A stretch of DNA of 45,529 nt. It comes from Chloroflexota bacterium (GTDB taxonomy: Bacteria > Chloroflexota > Dehalococcoidia > Tepidiformales > Tepidiformaceae). Of this stretch, positions 24,289 to 32,228 are shown one piece after another; the first letter of the stretch is position 1, and each line of letters starts with the position of its first letter. Position numbers and translations under genes: made by a program. The stretch is taken from the NCBI GenBank assembly GCA_963169135.1, contig CAUJEQ010000262.1, forward strand, positions 1-45,529. The letters are read 5' to 3'. The notes below the pieces were generated by a model. The model had not been told where the DNA came from, did not search any database, and worked only from the letters and a program-made list of their open reading frames with translations.

Positions 24289-26136
24289 CTATACGCTCGC
24301 ACCGGCCGCAGCAAACTTGGCTCGCTTCGTCTCGCGGGCGCGGAGGGTCGGGTTCAGCTCCGCCTTGCGGATGCGCAGGGACTTCGGGGTCACCTCGACC
24401 ATCTCGTCGTTCCCGATGAGCGAGAGACTGCGCTCGAGACTCGGCGGCGACGGCGGGACGAGCTTGACGGCGATGTCGGAGGTCGAGCTGCGGATGTTCG
24501 TGAGCTGCTTCGCCCGGCAGACGTTGACGTCGAGGTCGGTGTCTTTCGCGTGCAGGCCAACGACCATGCCCGCATAGACGTCGTCGCCCGGGGAGATGAA
24601 GAGCATGCCGCGCTCCTGGGCATTCGCGATGCCGAAGCTGAGTGCCGTTCCGGTCTCGGAGGCGACGAGCGCACCGTTCCGGTGCCGGGTGATCTCGCCC
24701 GCCCAGGGCCGGTAGCCCAGGTACTCGGCGTTCATGATCCCTTCGCCGCCGGTACCGCTGATAAATGAATCGCGGAAGCCGATGAGGCCGCGGGTGGGCA
24801 CCTCGAAGTCGAGCCGGACGTTACCGTTGTGGTCGGAGTGCATCCCGACCATCTGGGCTTTCCGTCCCGAGAGCGTCTCGATCAAGAACCCGGTGGCGGA
24901 CTCGGGCGCTTCGACGTACAGGCGCTCGAACGGTTCTTCACGGCCGTGCAGCCCGTGGTGAACGATGACCTCGGGGCGCGTGACCGCGAACTCGTAGCCC
25001 TCGCGCCGCATGGTCTCGACAAGGATGGCGAGGTGGAGTTCGCCCCGGCCGCTCACGACGAACTGGTCCGCCGATTCTCCGTCCTCGACACGCAGCGCGA
25101 CGTTGGTCTCGACTTCGCGGAAGAGGCGCTCCCGTAGCTGGCGGCTCGTCACAAACTGGCCCTCGCGGCCGGCGAACGGCGAGTCATTGACGCGGAAGGT
25201 CATCTTCATCGCTGGCTCTTCGATGGTGATGACCGGCAGTGGCTCGGTGACCAACGGGCTGGCGATGGTCTCGCCAATCAGGATGTCGCTGATGCCGGTG
25301 AGGGCGACGATGTCGCCGGCGCGCGCCTCCTGCAGCTCCACCCGCCCGAGGCCCTCGAAGCCGAACAGCTGAGCGACGCGATGCTGGCTGGTCTGGCCTT
25401 CGTGATTGAAGCGAATGATCGACTCCCCCGCCCGCACAACGCCGTCGCTGATGCGTCCGACCGCAATGCGGCCGCGGTAGCTGTCGTACATGAGCGTCGT
25501 GGCGAGCATGCGGAACGGCGCAGTTTCGTCGGCCACGGGGCCGGGAACGTACTCGATGATTGCGTCGAGCAGCGGCTGCATCGTGCCCGACGTTATGTCG
25601 GGCGTAACCCCGGCGTAGCCGTCGCGAGCATTCGCGTAGAGGGTCGGGAACTCGAGCTGGTGGTCCTTCGTCGCGAGGTCCAGGAAGAGGTCGCTGGTCT
25701 CGTGGATCACTTCATCGATGCGGGCGTTCGGCCGATCGATCTTGTTGACCACCACGATGGGGTGGAGGCCGATCTCAAGCGCTTTGCGGAGGACGAACTT
25801 GGTCTGCGGCATGGGACCCTCGACCGAGTCGATCAGCAGCAGACAACCGTCGGCCATGTTCAGCACCCGCTCGACCTCGCCGCCAAAGTCGGCATGGCCA
25901 GGCGTGTCGATAATGTTGATGCGGACGCCGGCGTACTCGATGGCGGCGTTCTTGGCCATGATCGTGATGCCCTTCTCGCGTTCGAGAGGATTCGAATCGA
26001 GGATGAGCGTGCCGACCGCTTCATTCTCGCGGAACACGTGTGATTGCTTCAGGAGGGCATCGACCAGAGTGGTCTTCCCGTGGTCGACATGGGCGATGAT
26101 GGCGATGTTGCGCACGTCGGCGCGGCGTTGGGACAT
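24289..26136 (-). CDS. typA: Translational GTPase TypA/BipA
   Basis: The start is ATG 26136 (MSQRRADVRNIAIIAHVDHGKTTLVDALL). G-domain motifs are DTPGHADFGGEVER and NKID. The length is 615 aa. Confidence 0.95.
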   Translation of the reverse strand: MSQRRADVRNIAIIAHVDHGKTTLVDALLKQSHVFRENEAVGTLILDSNPLEREKGITIMAKNAAIEYAGVRINIIDTPGHADFGGEVERVLNMADGCLLLIDSVEGPMPQTKFVLRKALEIGLHPIVVVNKIDRPNARIDEVIHETSDLFLDLATKDHQLEFPTLYANARDGYAGVTPDITSGTMQPLLDAIIEYVPGPVADETAPFRMLATTLMYDSYRGRIAVGRISDGVVRAGESIIRFNHEGQTSQHRVAQLFGFEGLGRVELQEARAGDIVALTGISDILIGETIASPLVTEPLPVITIEEPAMKMTFRVNDSPFAGREGQFVTSRQLRERLFREVETNVALRVEDGESADQFVVSGRGELHLAILVETMRREGYEFAVTRPEVIVHHGLHGREEPFERLYVEAPESATGFLIETLSGRKAQMVGMHSDHNGNVRLDFEVPTRGLIGFRDSFISGTGGEGIMNAEYLGYRPWAGEITRHRNGALVASETGTALSFGIANAQERGMLFISPGDDVYAGMVVGLHAKDTDLDVNVCRAKQLTNIRSSTSDIAVKLVPPSPPSLERSLSLIGNDEMVEVTPKSLRIRKAELNPTLRARETKRAKFAAAGASV

Positions 26137-26303
26137 AGATCCAGTGTGCTGGACGCACCGGTAACCGCATAGGCGCGATTCGGGACTCTGTGGATCAGCA
26201 CCTCCTCGCGGTTGGGCGGGCGACGGCGCCCCGTGCTCGCTTTGCGCGATCGGGCGGGCAAGCGGCACACTGGAATCACGCGCCGAGCGCGAGGAGGCAT
26301 TGC

Positions 26304-26999
26304 ATGAGCAGCAGCTACGATCTGATCCAGGAAGTTATCGCGGGCAAGCGCCCCGACGCGGAACTCGTGCGCCCCTCGGCCATCATGCCGTTCGTCATCG
26401 AAAGCGACGGCCGCCGCGAGCGCGCCTACGACATTTACTCGTTGCTCTTGAAAGAACGGATCGTCTTCCTTGGCACGCCGATCGATGCCATGGTGGCGAA
26501 CGTGGTCATCGCGCAGCTCCTCTACCTGGCCCGCGAAGACGACGAGAAGGACATCATGATGTACATCAACTGCCCGGGCGGGAGCGTGACCGCGGGGCTG
26601 GCGATGCTCGACACGATGAACCTGATCCGGCCGAACGTCTCCACGCTCTGCATGGGTCTGGCAGCCAGCATGGGCACCGTCATGCTGACTTCCGGCGCCA
26701 AGGGCAAGCGCTACGCGCTCCCGAACAGCACCATCCACCTGCACCAGGTGCTCGGTGGAGCGCAGGGCCAGGCACGCGACATCGAGATCCAGGCGCGCGA
26801 GACGCTCCGCCTGCAGAAAGTGCTCCGCAACATCATCCAGACAACGACCGGCCAGCCGATGGAACGCATCGAACATGACACCGACCGCGATTTCTGGCTC
26901 GACCCGGAGGCGGCGAAAGACTACGGGCTGATCGACGAAATCCTGGCGCACCCGAAGCAGATCGCCGCGGCGAGCCCGAATGGGAAGGCCGCGAGCTAA
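26304..26999 (+). CDS. clpP: ATP-dependent Clp protease proteolytic subunit
   Basis: A GAGGAGG RBS lies 6 nt before ATG 26304. Motifs are ERAYDIYSLLLKERIVFLG, catalytic Ser in GLAASMG, His in IHLHQ, and Asp in DTDRDFW. There are about 27 extra N-terminal residues (an internal ATG at 26385 is possible). Confidence 0.95.
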   Translation: MSSSYDLIQEVIAGKRPDAELVRPSAIMPFVIESDGRRERAYDIYSLLLKERIVFLGTPIDAMVANVVIAQLLYLAREDDEKDIMMYINCPGGSVTAGLAMLDTMNLIRPNVSTLCMGLAASMGTVMLTSGAKGKRYALPNSTIHLHQVLGGAQGQARDIEIQARETLRLQKVLRNIIQTTTGQPMERIEHDTDRDFWLDPEAAKDYGLIDEILAHPKQIAAASPNGKAAS

Positions 27000-27024
27000 C
27001 CGCCAGCGCACGCTCCGGCATGGA

Positions 27025-28299
27025 TTACCGCGTAACCGCCGGGATGAGATCCATGCCCATGTAGGCCTGGAGCACCTCGGGGATGGCGATACTGCCGTCC
27101 TCACGCTGGTAATTCTCCATCACGGCGATCACCGTCCGGGGAAGGGCGAGCCCGCTGGCGTTGAGCATGTGTGGGTTGCGCGTAGGCTGGGCGCCGCCAG
27201 AGCGATAGCGGATATTTGCACGCCGGGCCTGGAAGTCCAGGCAGTTCGAGGCTGAACTCACTTCGAGCCATTCACCCTGCCCGGGCGCCCAGATCTCCAG
27301 GTCAAACGTCCGCGTCGCATTGAACCCCACATCACCCGAGCACAGCTCCACAAGGCGGTAGGGCAGCCCCAGGATGGCCGGGATCGAACGTGCCTGCGCA
27401 ACCAGCAGATCAAGTTCGGCCGCGCTCTGCTCGGGCTCGCAATAGACGAACATCTCGACCTTTTCGAACTGGTGGCCGCGCTTGATGCCACGGACGTCAC
27501 GGCCAGCGCTCATCTTTTCCCGCCTGAAGCACGGCGTGTGTGCCACGAACCGCATCGGCAATTCGCCTGCCGGGATAATCTCATCGCGGTAGAGGTTGAC
27601 GAATGCGACCTCCGCCGTGGGGATGAAGAAATAGTCCTCTTCCGCATCGCGATAGAGGTTGTCGCGGAACTTGGGGAGCTGTCCGGCTGCGTAGAGCGAC
27701 GCCTCGTTGAGCATGTACGGCAGGTAGGCTTCGGTGAATCCCGCCCTCCCGTGCTCGTTGAGCATGAGCTGGATGAGTGCGCGCTGGAGCCTCGCCAGCG
27801 CGCCGCGCAGGGTGTAGAAGCGGGAGCCGGACATCTTCGCGCCGCGCTCAATGTCCAGGCCGCCAACTATCTCGCCGATCTCCCAGTGCGGACGTGGCGC
27901 GAAGGGAAAGTGGGGCAATTCGCCGACCACCTCGACGACCCGGTTCGACGTCTCGTCGGGGCCCTTGGGCACGTTCGGGTCGAGGATGTTCGGGACCTCG
28001 TAGAGCTTCTCCTGAAGCTCGGTCTCGACCTTCTTCAGGCGACCGTCGAGGCGGTCGATCTCATCGCCGACGAGGCGCATTTCGGCGACGCGGATCTCGC
28101 GGTCTGCGGCATCTTTCGACTGCCCAATCGCCTTGCTGACCGTGTTTCGCTTCGCGCGCAAGGCTTCGACCTGCTGGAGGAGGCCCCGGCGGTCCTCATC
28201 GAGCTGCAAGATGCGGTCGATGGGGGCGGTCGTGTTGCGGAGCAGAACATCGCGCTTCACGCGTTCCACGTTCTCGCGGATGTACTGCAGGCTGAGCAT
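27025..28299 (-). CDS. serS: Seryl-tRNA synthetase
   Basis: The 424-aa ORF has an N-terminal coiled coil (MLSLQYIRENVERVK...). Class II motifs are TPCFRRE and GHQFEKVEMF. Confidence 0.97.
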   Translation of the reverse strand: MLSLQYIRENVERVKRDVLLRNTTAPIDRILQLDEDRRGLLQQVEALRAKRNTVSKAIGQSKDAADREIRVAEMRLVGDEIDRLDGRLKKVETELQEKLYEVPNILDPNVPKGPDETSNRVVEVVGELPHFPFAPRPHWEIGEIVGGLDIERGAKMSGSRFYTLRGALARLQRALIQLMLNEHGRAGFTEAYLPYMLNEASLYAAGQLPKFRDNLYRDAEEDYFFIPTAEVAFVNLYRDEIIPAGELPMRFVAHTPCFRREKMSAGRDVRGIKRGHQFEKVEMFVYCEPEQSAAELDLLVAQARSIPAILGLPYRLVELCSGDVGFNATRTFDLEIWAPGQGEWLEVSSASNCLDFQARRANIRYRSGGAQPTRNPHMLNASGLALPRTVIAVMENYQREDGSIAIPEVLQAYMGMDLIPAVTR

Positions 28300-28302
28300 G
28301 AT

Positions 28303-28809
28303 TCAGGACTCCCGGACCGCGGCGGCGGATAGTGCGCGAATGCCGAGGAGTCGAACGTCCTCGGCAACCGGCACGAGCGTACCATCGGGTGCCGGGAGGG
28401 AAAACGCCTCCGCCAGCTCGGCCGCCGAGAACCACTGGTGCTGTCCGTGCGGGATGGGCGCCCCGAAATCCACCCGGGCCCGCGCCAGGGTGAAGTACAC
28501 GTGGTCGATGTGCTGGTGGAACGGCTGGTCGTCCCGGACGATGTCCTCGACGAGGATGACGGCGGGGGGTGGAAGGACCAGGGGGCGGTCCACGACCAGC
28601 AGCCCCCCAGGCGGAATGACTTCCACCGGCAAGCCGGACTCCTCGAGGGCCTCGCGGACCGCGCCCTGGACTGGGTCCTCGTTGGGTTCGAGGTGGCCGC
28701 CGGGCGGGAGCCACATCCGTAACTTCCCGTGCCAGAGGAGAAGGGTCCGTCCGGCGGCCACCACGTAGGCGGTTGCCGTGTGGTGCCGCTCGAACGGTGT
28801 GTCCCTCAT
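28303..28809 (-). CDS. NUDIX hydrolase
   Basis: The Nudix box is GGHLEPNEDPVQGAVREALEESGL (Gx5Ex7REUxEExGU). The gene overlaps the lysS stop by 4 nt and ends 3 nt before serS. Confidence 0.9.
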   Translation of the reverse strand: MRDTPFERHHTATAYVVAAGRTLLLWHGKLRMWLPPGGHLEPNEDPVQGAVREALEESGLPVEVIPPGGLLVVDRPLVLPPPAVILVEDIVRDDQPFHQHIDHVYFTLARARVDFGAPIPHGQHQWFSAAELAEAFSLPAPDGTLVPVAEDVRLLGIRALSAAAVRES

Positions 28810-30329
28810 CCTTTGACCGACTTCAGCTGCGGGAACAGGATGACGTCGCGGATCGAATCCTGCTCGGTCAAGATCATCAGCAGGCGGTCGATGCCCATGC
28901 CGAAACCGCCGGTCGGGGGCATACCGTGCTCCAGCGCGAACAGGAAGTCCTCGTCGACCAGCTCCGCCTCGTCGTCGCCCGCGGCCTTGAGCCGCGCCTG
29001 CTCCTCGAACCGGGCCCGCTGATCTACGGGGTCGTTGAGCTCGGTGTAGGCGTTCCCGGCCTCGAAGCCGCCGATGAACACCTCCCAGCGCTCCACCAGG
29101 CCGGGGTTGTCCGTGCGGCGCTTCGCCAACGGCGAGAGTTCCACCGGATAGTCCATCAGGAATGTCGGCTGGACGAGGCGCGGCTCAACGTAGTGCGACA
29201 TCGCCTCGTCGACGAGCTTCCCGTAGCCTGCGGTCGGCGGCAGGTCGAGACCGCGGCGCTCGAGCTCGGCGCGGAGGGTGTCGGCCGTCGAGAACTCTTC
29301 GAGTTCGAGGGCGCCGTACTCTCTGAGCGCATCGTGAAGGGTGATGCGCCGCCATGGCCGCTCCAGGCTGATTTCCTGGCCGCGGAAGGTGAACCTGCTC
29401 TTGCCCAGGACCTCGTGCGCGACTGTGCTGATCATCTCTTCGACCAGCATCGAGACATCGTGGTAGTCGGCGTAGGCCTGGTACAGCTCGATCATGGTGA
29501 ACTCGGGGTTGTACTTGGCGCCGAGTCCCTCATTGCGGAATATGCGGCCCATTTCGTACACGCGCTCGAAGCCTCCAACCACCATCCGCTTGAGATAGAG
29601 CTCGAGGCTGATGCGCAGGTGCCGCTCTTCTTCGAGGGCGTTGTAGTACGTCGTGAACGGCCTGGCAGCCGCACCGCCGGCTTCCTCCTGGAGGACAGGC
29701 GTCTCCACTTCGAGGAAGCCGCGAGCATCGAGGAACCGGCGGATCGCGGACACGACCTTGCTGCGGACGATGAACCGTTGGCGTGTCTCCTCGTTGGCCA
29801 TCAGGTCGAGGTAGCGTTTGCGCTGCCGGAGTTCGACGTCGGCCAGGCCGTGGTACTTCTCAGGTGGCGCGTGAAGCGCCTTGGTGAGCATGGTCCAGTG
29901 CGCGGCCTGGACTGTGGGCTGGCCCGTCCGCGTGCGAATCGGGGTGCCGTTGACGCCGATGAAATCGCCGAGGTCGATGAGCCGAAGCGAATCGTAGTTC
30001 GCCAGGGAGTTCTGGCGCATCAGCACCTGGATGCGGCCGCTCCCGTCCAGCAAGTCGAGGAAGGTGGCCTTGCCCATATCGCGCTTGGCCACGACGCGGC
30101 CGGCGATGTCGACCTCGATCCCCTCGACTTCGGATTCGCCTTCGGGCAGGGCTTCGACGAGCAGGGTCACGTCAGCTGCCATGTGGGTACGGGTCAGCCT
30201 CGGCGGGTAGGGGTCAATGCCGGCGGCACGCAGCTCTTCGGCCTTGGCGACACGCTGCGCCATGAGTTCATCCACGGTCTGTTCCCCTTCCACAACGCAA
30301 ACGGGCCGCTGCGACGCGGCCCGGAACAT
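28806..30329 (-). CDS. lysS: Lysyl-tRNA synthetase, class II
   Basis: The 507-aa ORF has an OB anticodon-binding N-domain. Class II motifs are RIFRNEGLGAKYNPEFTMIELYQAYADY and GMGIDRLLMIL. Confidence 0.97.
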   Translation of the reverse strand: MFRAASQRPVCVVEGEQTVDELMAQRVAKAEELRAAGIDPYPPRLTRTHMAADVTLLVEALPEGESEVEGIEVDIAGRVVAKRDMGKATFLDLLDGSGRIQVLMRQNSLANYDSLRLIDLGDFIGVNGTPIRTRTGQPTVQAAHWTMLTKALHAPPEKYHGLADVELRQRKRYLDLMANEETRQRFIVRSKVVSAIRRFLDARGFLEVETPVLQEEAGGAAARPFTTYYNALEEERHLRISLELYLKRMVVGGFERVYEMGRIFRNEGLGAKYNPEFTMIELYQAYADYHDVSMLVEEMISTVAHEVLGKSRFTFRGQEISLERPWRRITLHDALREYGALELEEFSTADTLRAELERRGLDLPPTAGYGKLVDEAMSHYVEPRLVQPTFLMDYPVELSPLAKRRTDNPGLVERWEVFIGGFEAGNAYTELNDPVDQRARFEEQARLKAAGDDEAELVDEDFLFALEHGMPPTGGFGMGIDRLLMILTEQDSIRDVILFPQLKSVKG

Positions 30330-30350
30330 ACCATCGCAGACCGGCGCCGG

Positions 30351-30818
30351 TCAGTCGATCTTCAGCACTTTCACCTTGATGACGCCCTTGGGCACGTTCA
30401 CTTCCACGGAGTCGCCGACAGCCTTGCCCAGCAGCGCGGCACCGACGGGTGACTCATTCGAGATTTTCCCGTTCAGGGGGTCCGCCTCGGGCGCGCCAAC
30501 GATCTGGTAGTGGCGCACCGTGCCGTCCTGGTCGACCTGCACTCCGCTGCCCACCATCACGCGCCCGGCGTGGTGTGCTCCGGCCTCGTCGATGATGCGG
30601 GCGCGGCGCAGGATGTCCTCGACTTCCAGGATGCGGCCTTCAACGCGCCCTTGCTCCATCTTGGCATCGTCGTATTCGGCGTCGTTCTGGCTGGTTCCCT
30701 GCTCCTGGGCGTTGTGGATCATCTCGGCCACTTCGCGGCGGCGCGCGCGGAGTGCTTCGAGCTCGTGTTCGAGCTTTGTTTTTCCTTCACGTGTCAGAGG
30801 AACGGGCTTATCGGTCAT
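30351..30818 (-). CDS. greA: Transcription elongation factor GreA
   Basis: The start is ATG 30818 (MTDKPVPLTREGKTKLEHELEALR...). The C-terminus ISNESPVGAALLGKAVGDSVEV matches the GreA signature. The long upstream ORF extension is rejected. Confidence 0.95.
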   Translation of the reverse strand: MTDKPVPLTREGKTKLEHELEALRARRREVAEMIHNAQEQGTSQNDAEYDDAKMEQGRVEGRILEVEDILRRARIIDEAGAHHAGRVMVGSGVQVDQDGTVRHYQIVGAPEADPLNGKISNESPVGAALLGKAVGDSVEVNVPKGVIKVKVLKID

Positions 30819-30944
30819 GTCGTACCCTAACTGGCAACGGAGCCCTGAAGACAAAAAGGGACTGAGGCCAAGCAGTGCCTCAGTCGCAGACTCAGTATAC
30901 CGGCGCGGAACCATCCGCGGCAAACCAACGGAGAGGCCCACGGC

Positions 30945-32225
30945 TTGACCAACGATGACCTGCATGGCCCCGGGCAGGAACCCGGCGAACGGCTGCGTCC
31001 CCCGTGGGAACGTCGCCTCGAGGCATCCTCCCACGCGGAACCTGCGAGTCCCTGGCGGGCGACCGCCCTTCCGGGCGACGGACCTTTGACCGATTCCCGG
31101 GGGCCAGGTGCCCCCGAACCGGTTCGGGCCCACGGATCCCGCCTCGGGGCGCTCCCGCTGACCGGCATGATGCTGGGAGCCGCGCTTCTGGGTGGGCTCC
31201 TGGGGGGCGCCATCGTCGCCTCCGTCGTGTCCCGGGGGGATGACTCTTCGGGCACCCTGGGCCGCGAGGACGCTTCCGTCCTGACCGTGGAGCAGACCAG
31301 CGCCATCGCCGACGTCGCCGCTGACGCGCGGCCTGGCGTTGTTCGGATCGAAAGCATCAAGGCGACAGCGACCGGGCAGGAGCAGGATGTCGGCAGTGGG
31401 GTGGTACTGGACCTCGATGGCCACATCGTGACCAACGCCCACGTGGTGGTTGGCACGGACACGCTGAAGGTCGTGCTGGCAGACGGGACCGAACGCCCGG
31501 CCGTGCTCGTGGGCCACGACTTTCCCTTCACGGACGTGGCCGTGCTGCAGATCGGGCCGGGGGACCTCACACCCATCGCCGCAGGCGATTCGTCGGTCCT
31601 GCGGCTCGGCGAGACGGTGGTGGCCATCGGCAACCCGCTTGCGGAGTTCGATGGCAGCGTGAGCGTCGGCGTGATCAGCGGGCTGAATCGCGTGCGGATC
31701 TTCGATGGCGTCCGCCAGGTGGACCTCATCCAGACCGACGCGGCCGTCAACAACGGCAACAGCGGTGGAGCGCTCCTGAATCTCGCGGGCCAGTTCATTG
31801 GTATGCCGACAGCGGTGCTCCGGCAGTCGCGATCAGGTTCGACGGTAGAAGGCATAGCGTTTGCCCTGCCGGCCAACCGGGTCTTGGACATCGCCAACCA
31901 GATCATCGCGAACGGAGGGCCTATCGAACGTGCGAGCCTGGGGCTTGAGCACATCGACATCACAGCCGACAACATCTCCCGGCTGCCGCGGACAGCCGTG
32001 AACGAAGGAGCCATCGTGGCGGCGGTCGCCTCCGGCGGGCCGTCGGCAGAGGCCGGCATCCGCGTTGGCGACGTGATTACCATGCTTGGCGATGCCGGTG
32101 TCGATCGGGCGAATCCACTCTATAACGCGCTGATGCCGCACGATCCGGGCGAGACCGTCCGGGTTGTCCTCAATCGGAATGGCCGGATAATCGAAGTCGA
32201 GGTTCGCCTTGCCAAACGTTCGTAG
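30945..32225 (+). CDS. HtrA/DegP-family serine protease with PDZ domain, N-terminally membrane-anchored
   Basis: The TTG start has a GGAGAGG RBS 8 nt upstream. The catalytic triad context is TNAHVV, DVAVLQI and GNSGGALLN. A C-terminal PDZ contains GIRVGDVI. A hydrophobic segment is LTGMMLGAALLGGLLGGAIVA. Confidence 0.9.
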   Translation: MTNDDLHGPGQEPGERLRPPWERRLEASSHAEPASPWRATALPGDGPLTDSRGPGAPEPVRAHGSRLGALPLTGMMLGAALLGGLLGGAIVASVVSRGDDSSGTLGREDASVLTVEQTSAIADVAADARPGVVRIESIKATATGQEQDVGSGVVLDLDGHIVTNAHVVVGTDTLKVVLADGTERPAVLVGHDFPFTDVAVLQIGPGDLTPIAAGDSSVLRLGETVVAIGNPLAEFDGSVSVGVISGLNRVRIFDGVRQVDLIQTDAAVNNGNSGGALLNLAGQFIGMPTAVLRQSRSGSTVEGIAFALPANRVLDIANQIIANGGPIERASLGLEHIDITADNISRLPRTAVNEGAIVAAVASGGPSAEAGIRVGDVITMLGDAGVDRANPLYNALMPHDPGETVRVVLNRNGRIIEVEVRLAKRS

Positions 32226-32228
32226 CGT

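Noticed and set aside
28773-30452. A 559-aa plus-strand ORF lies opposite lysS.
   Set aside because: lysS on the minus strand is unambiguous (class II motifs). The plus-strand product is junk-like.
30819-31517. A long N-terminal extension of greA gives a 388-aa ORF.
   Set aside because: GreA is about 155 aa. The extension overlaps the divergent htrA gene and is junk-like. ATG 30818 gives the canonical GreA N-terminus.
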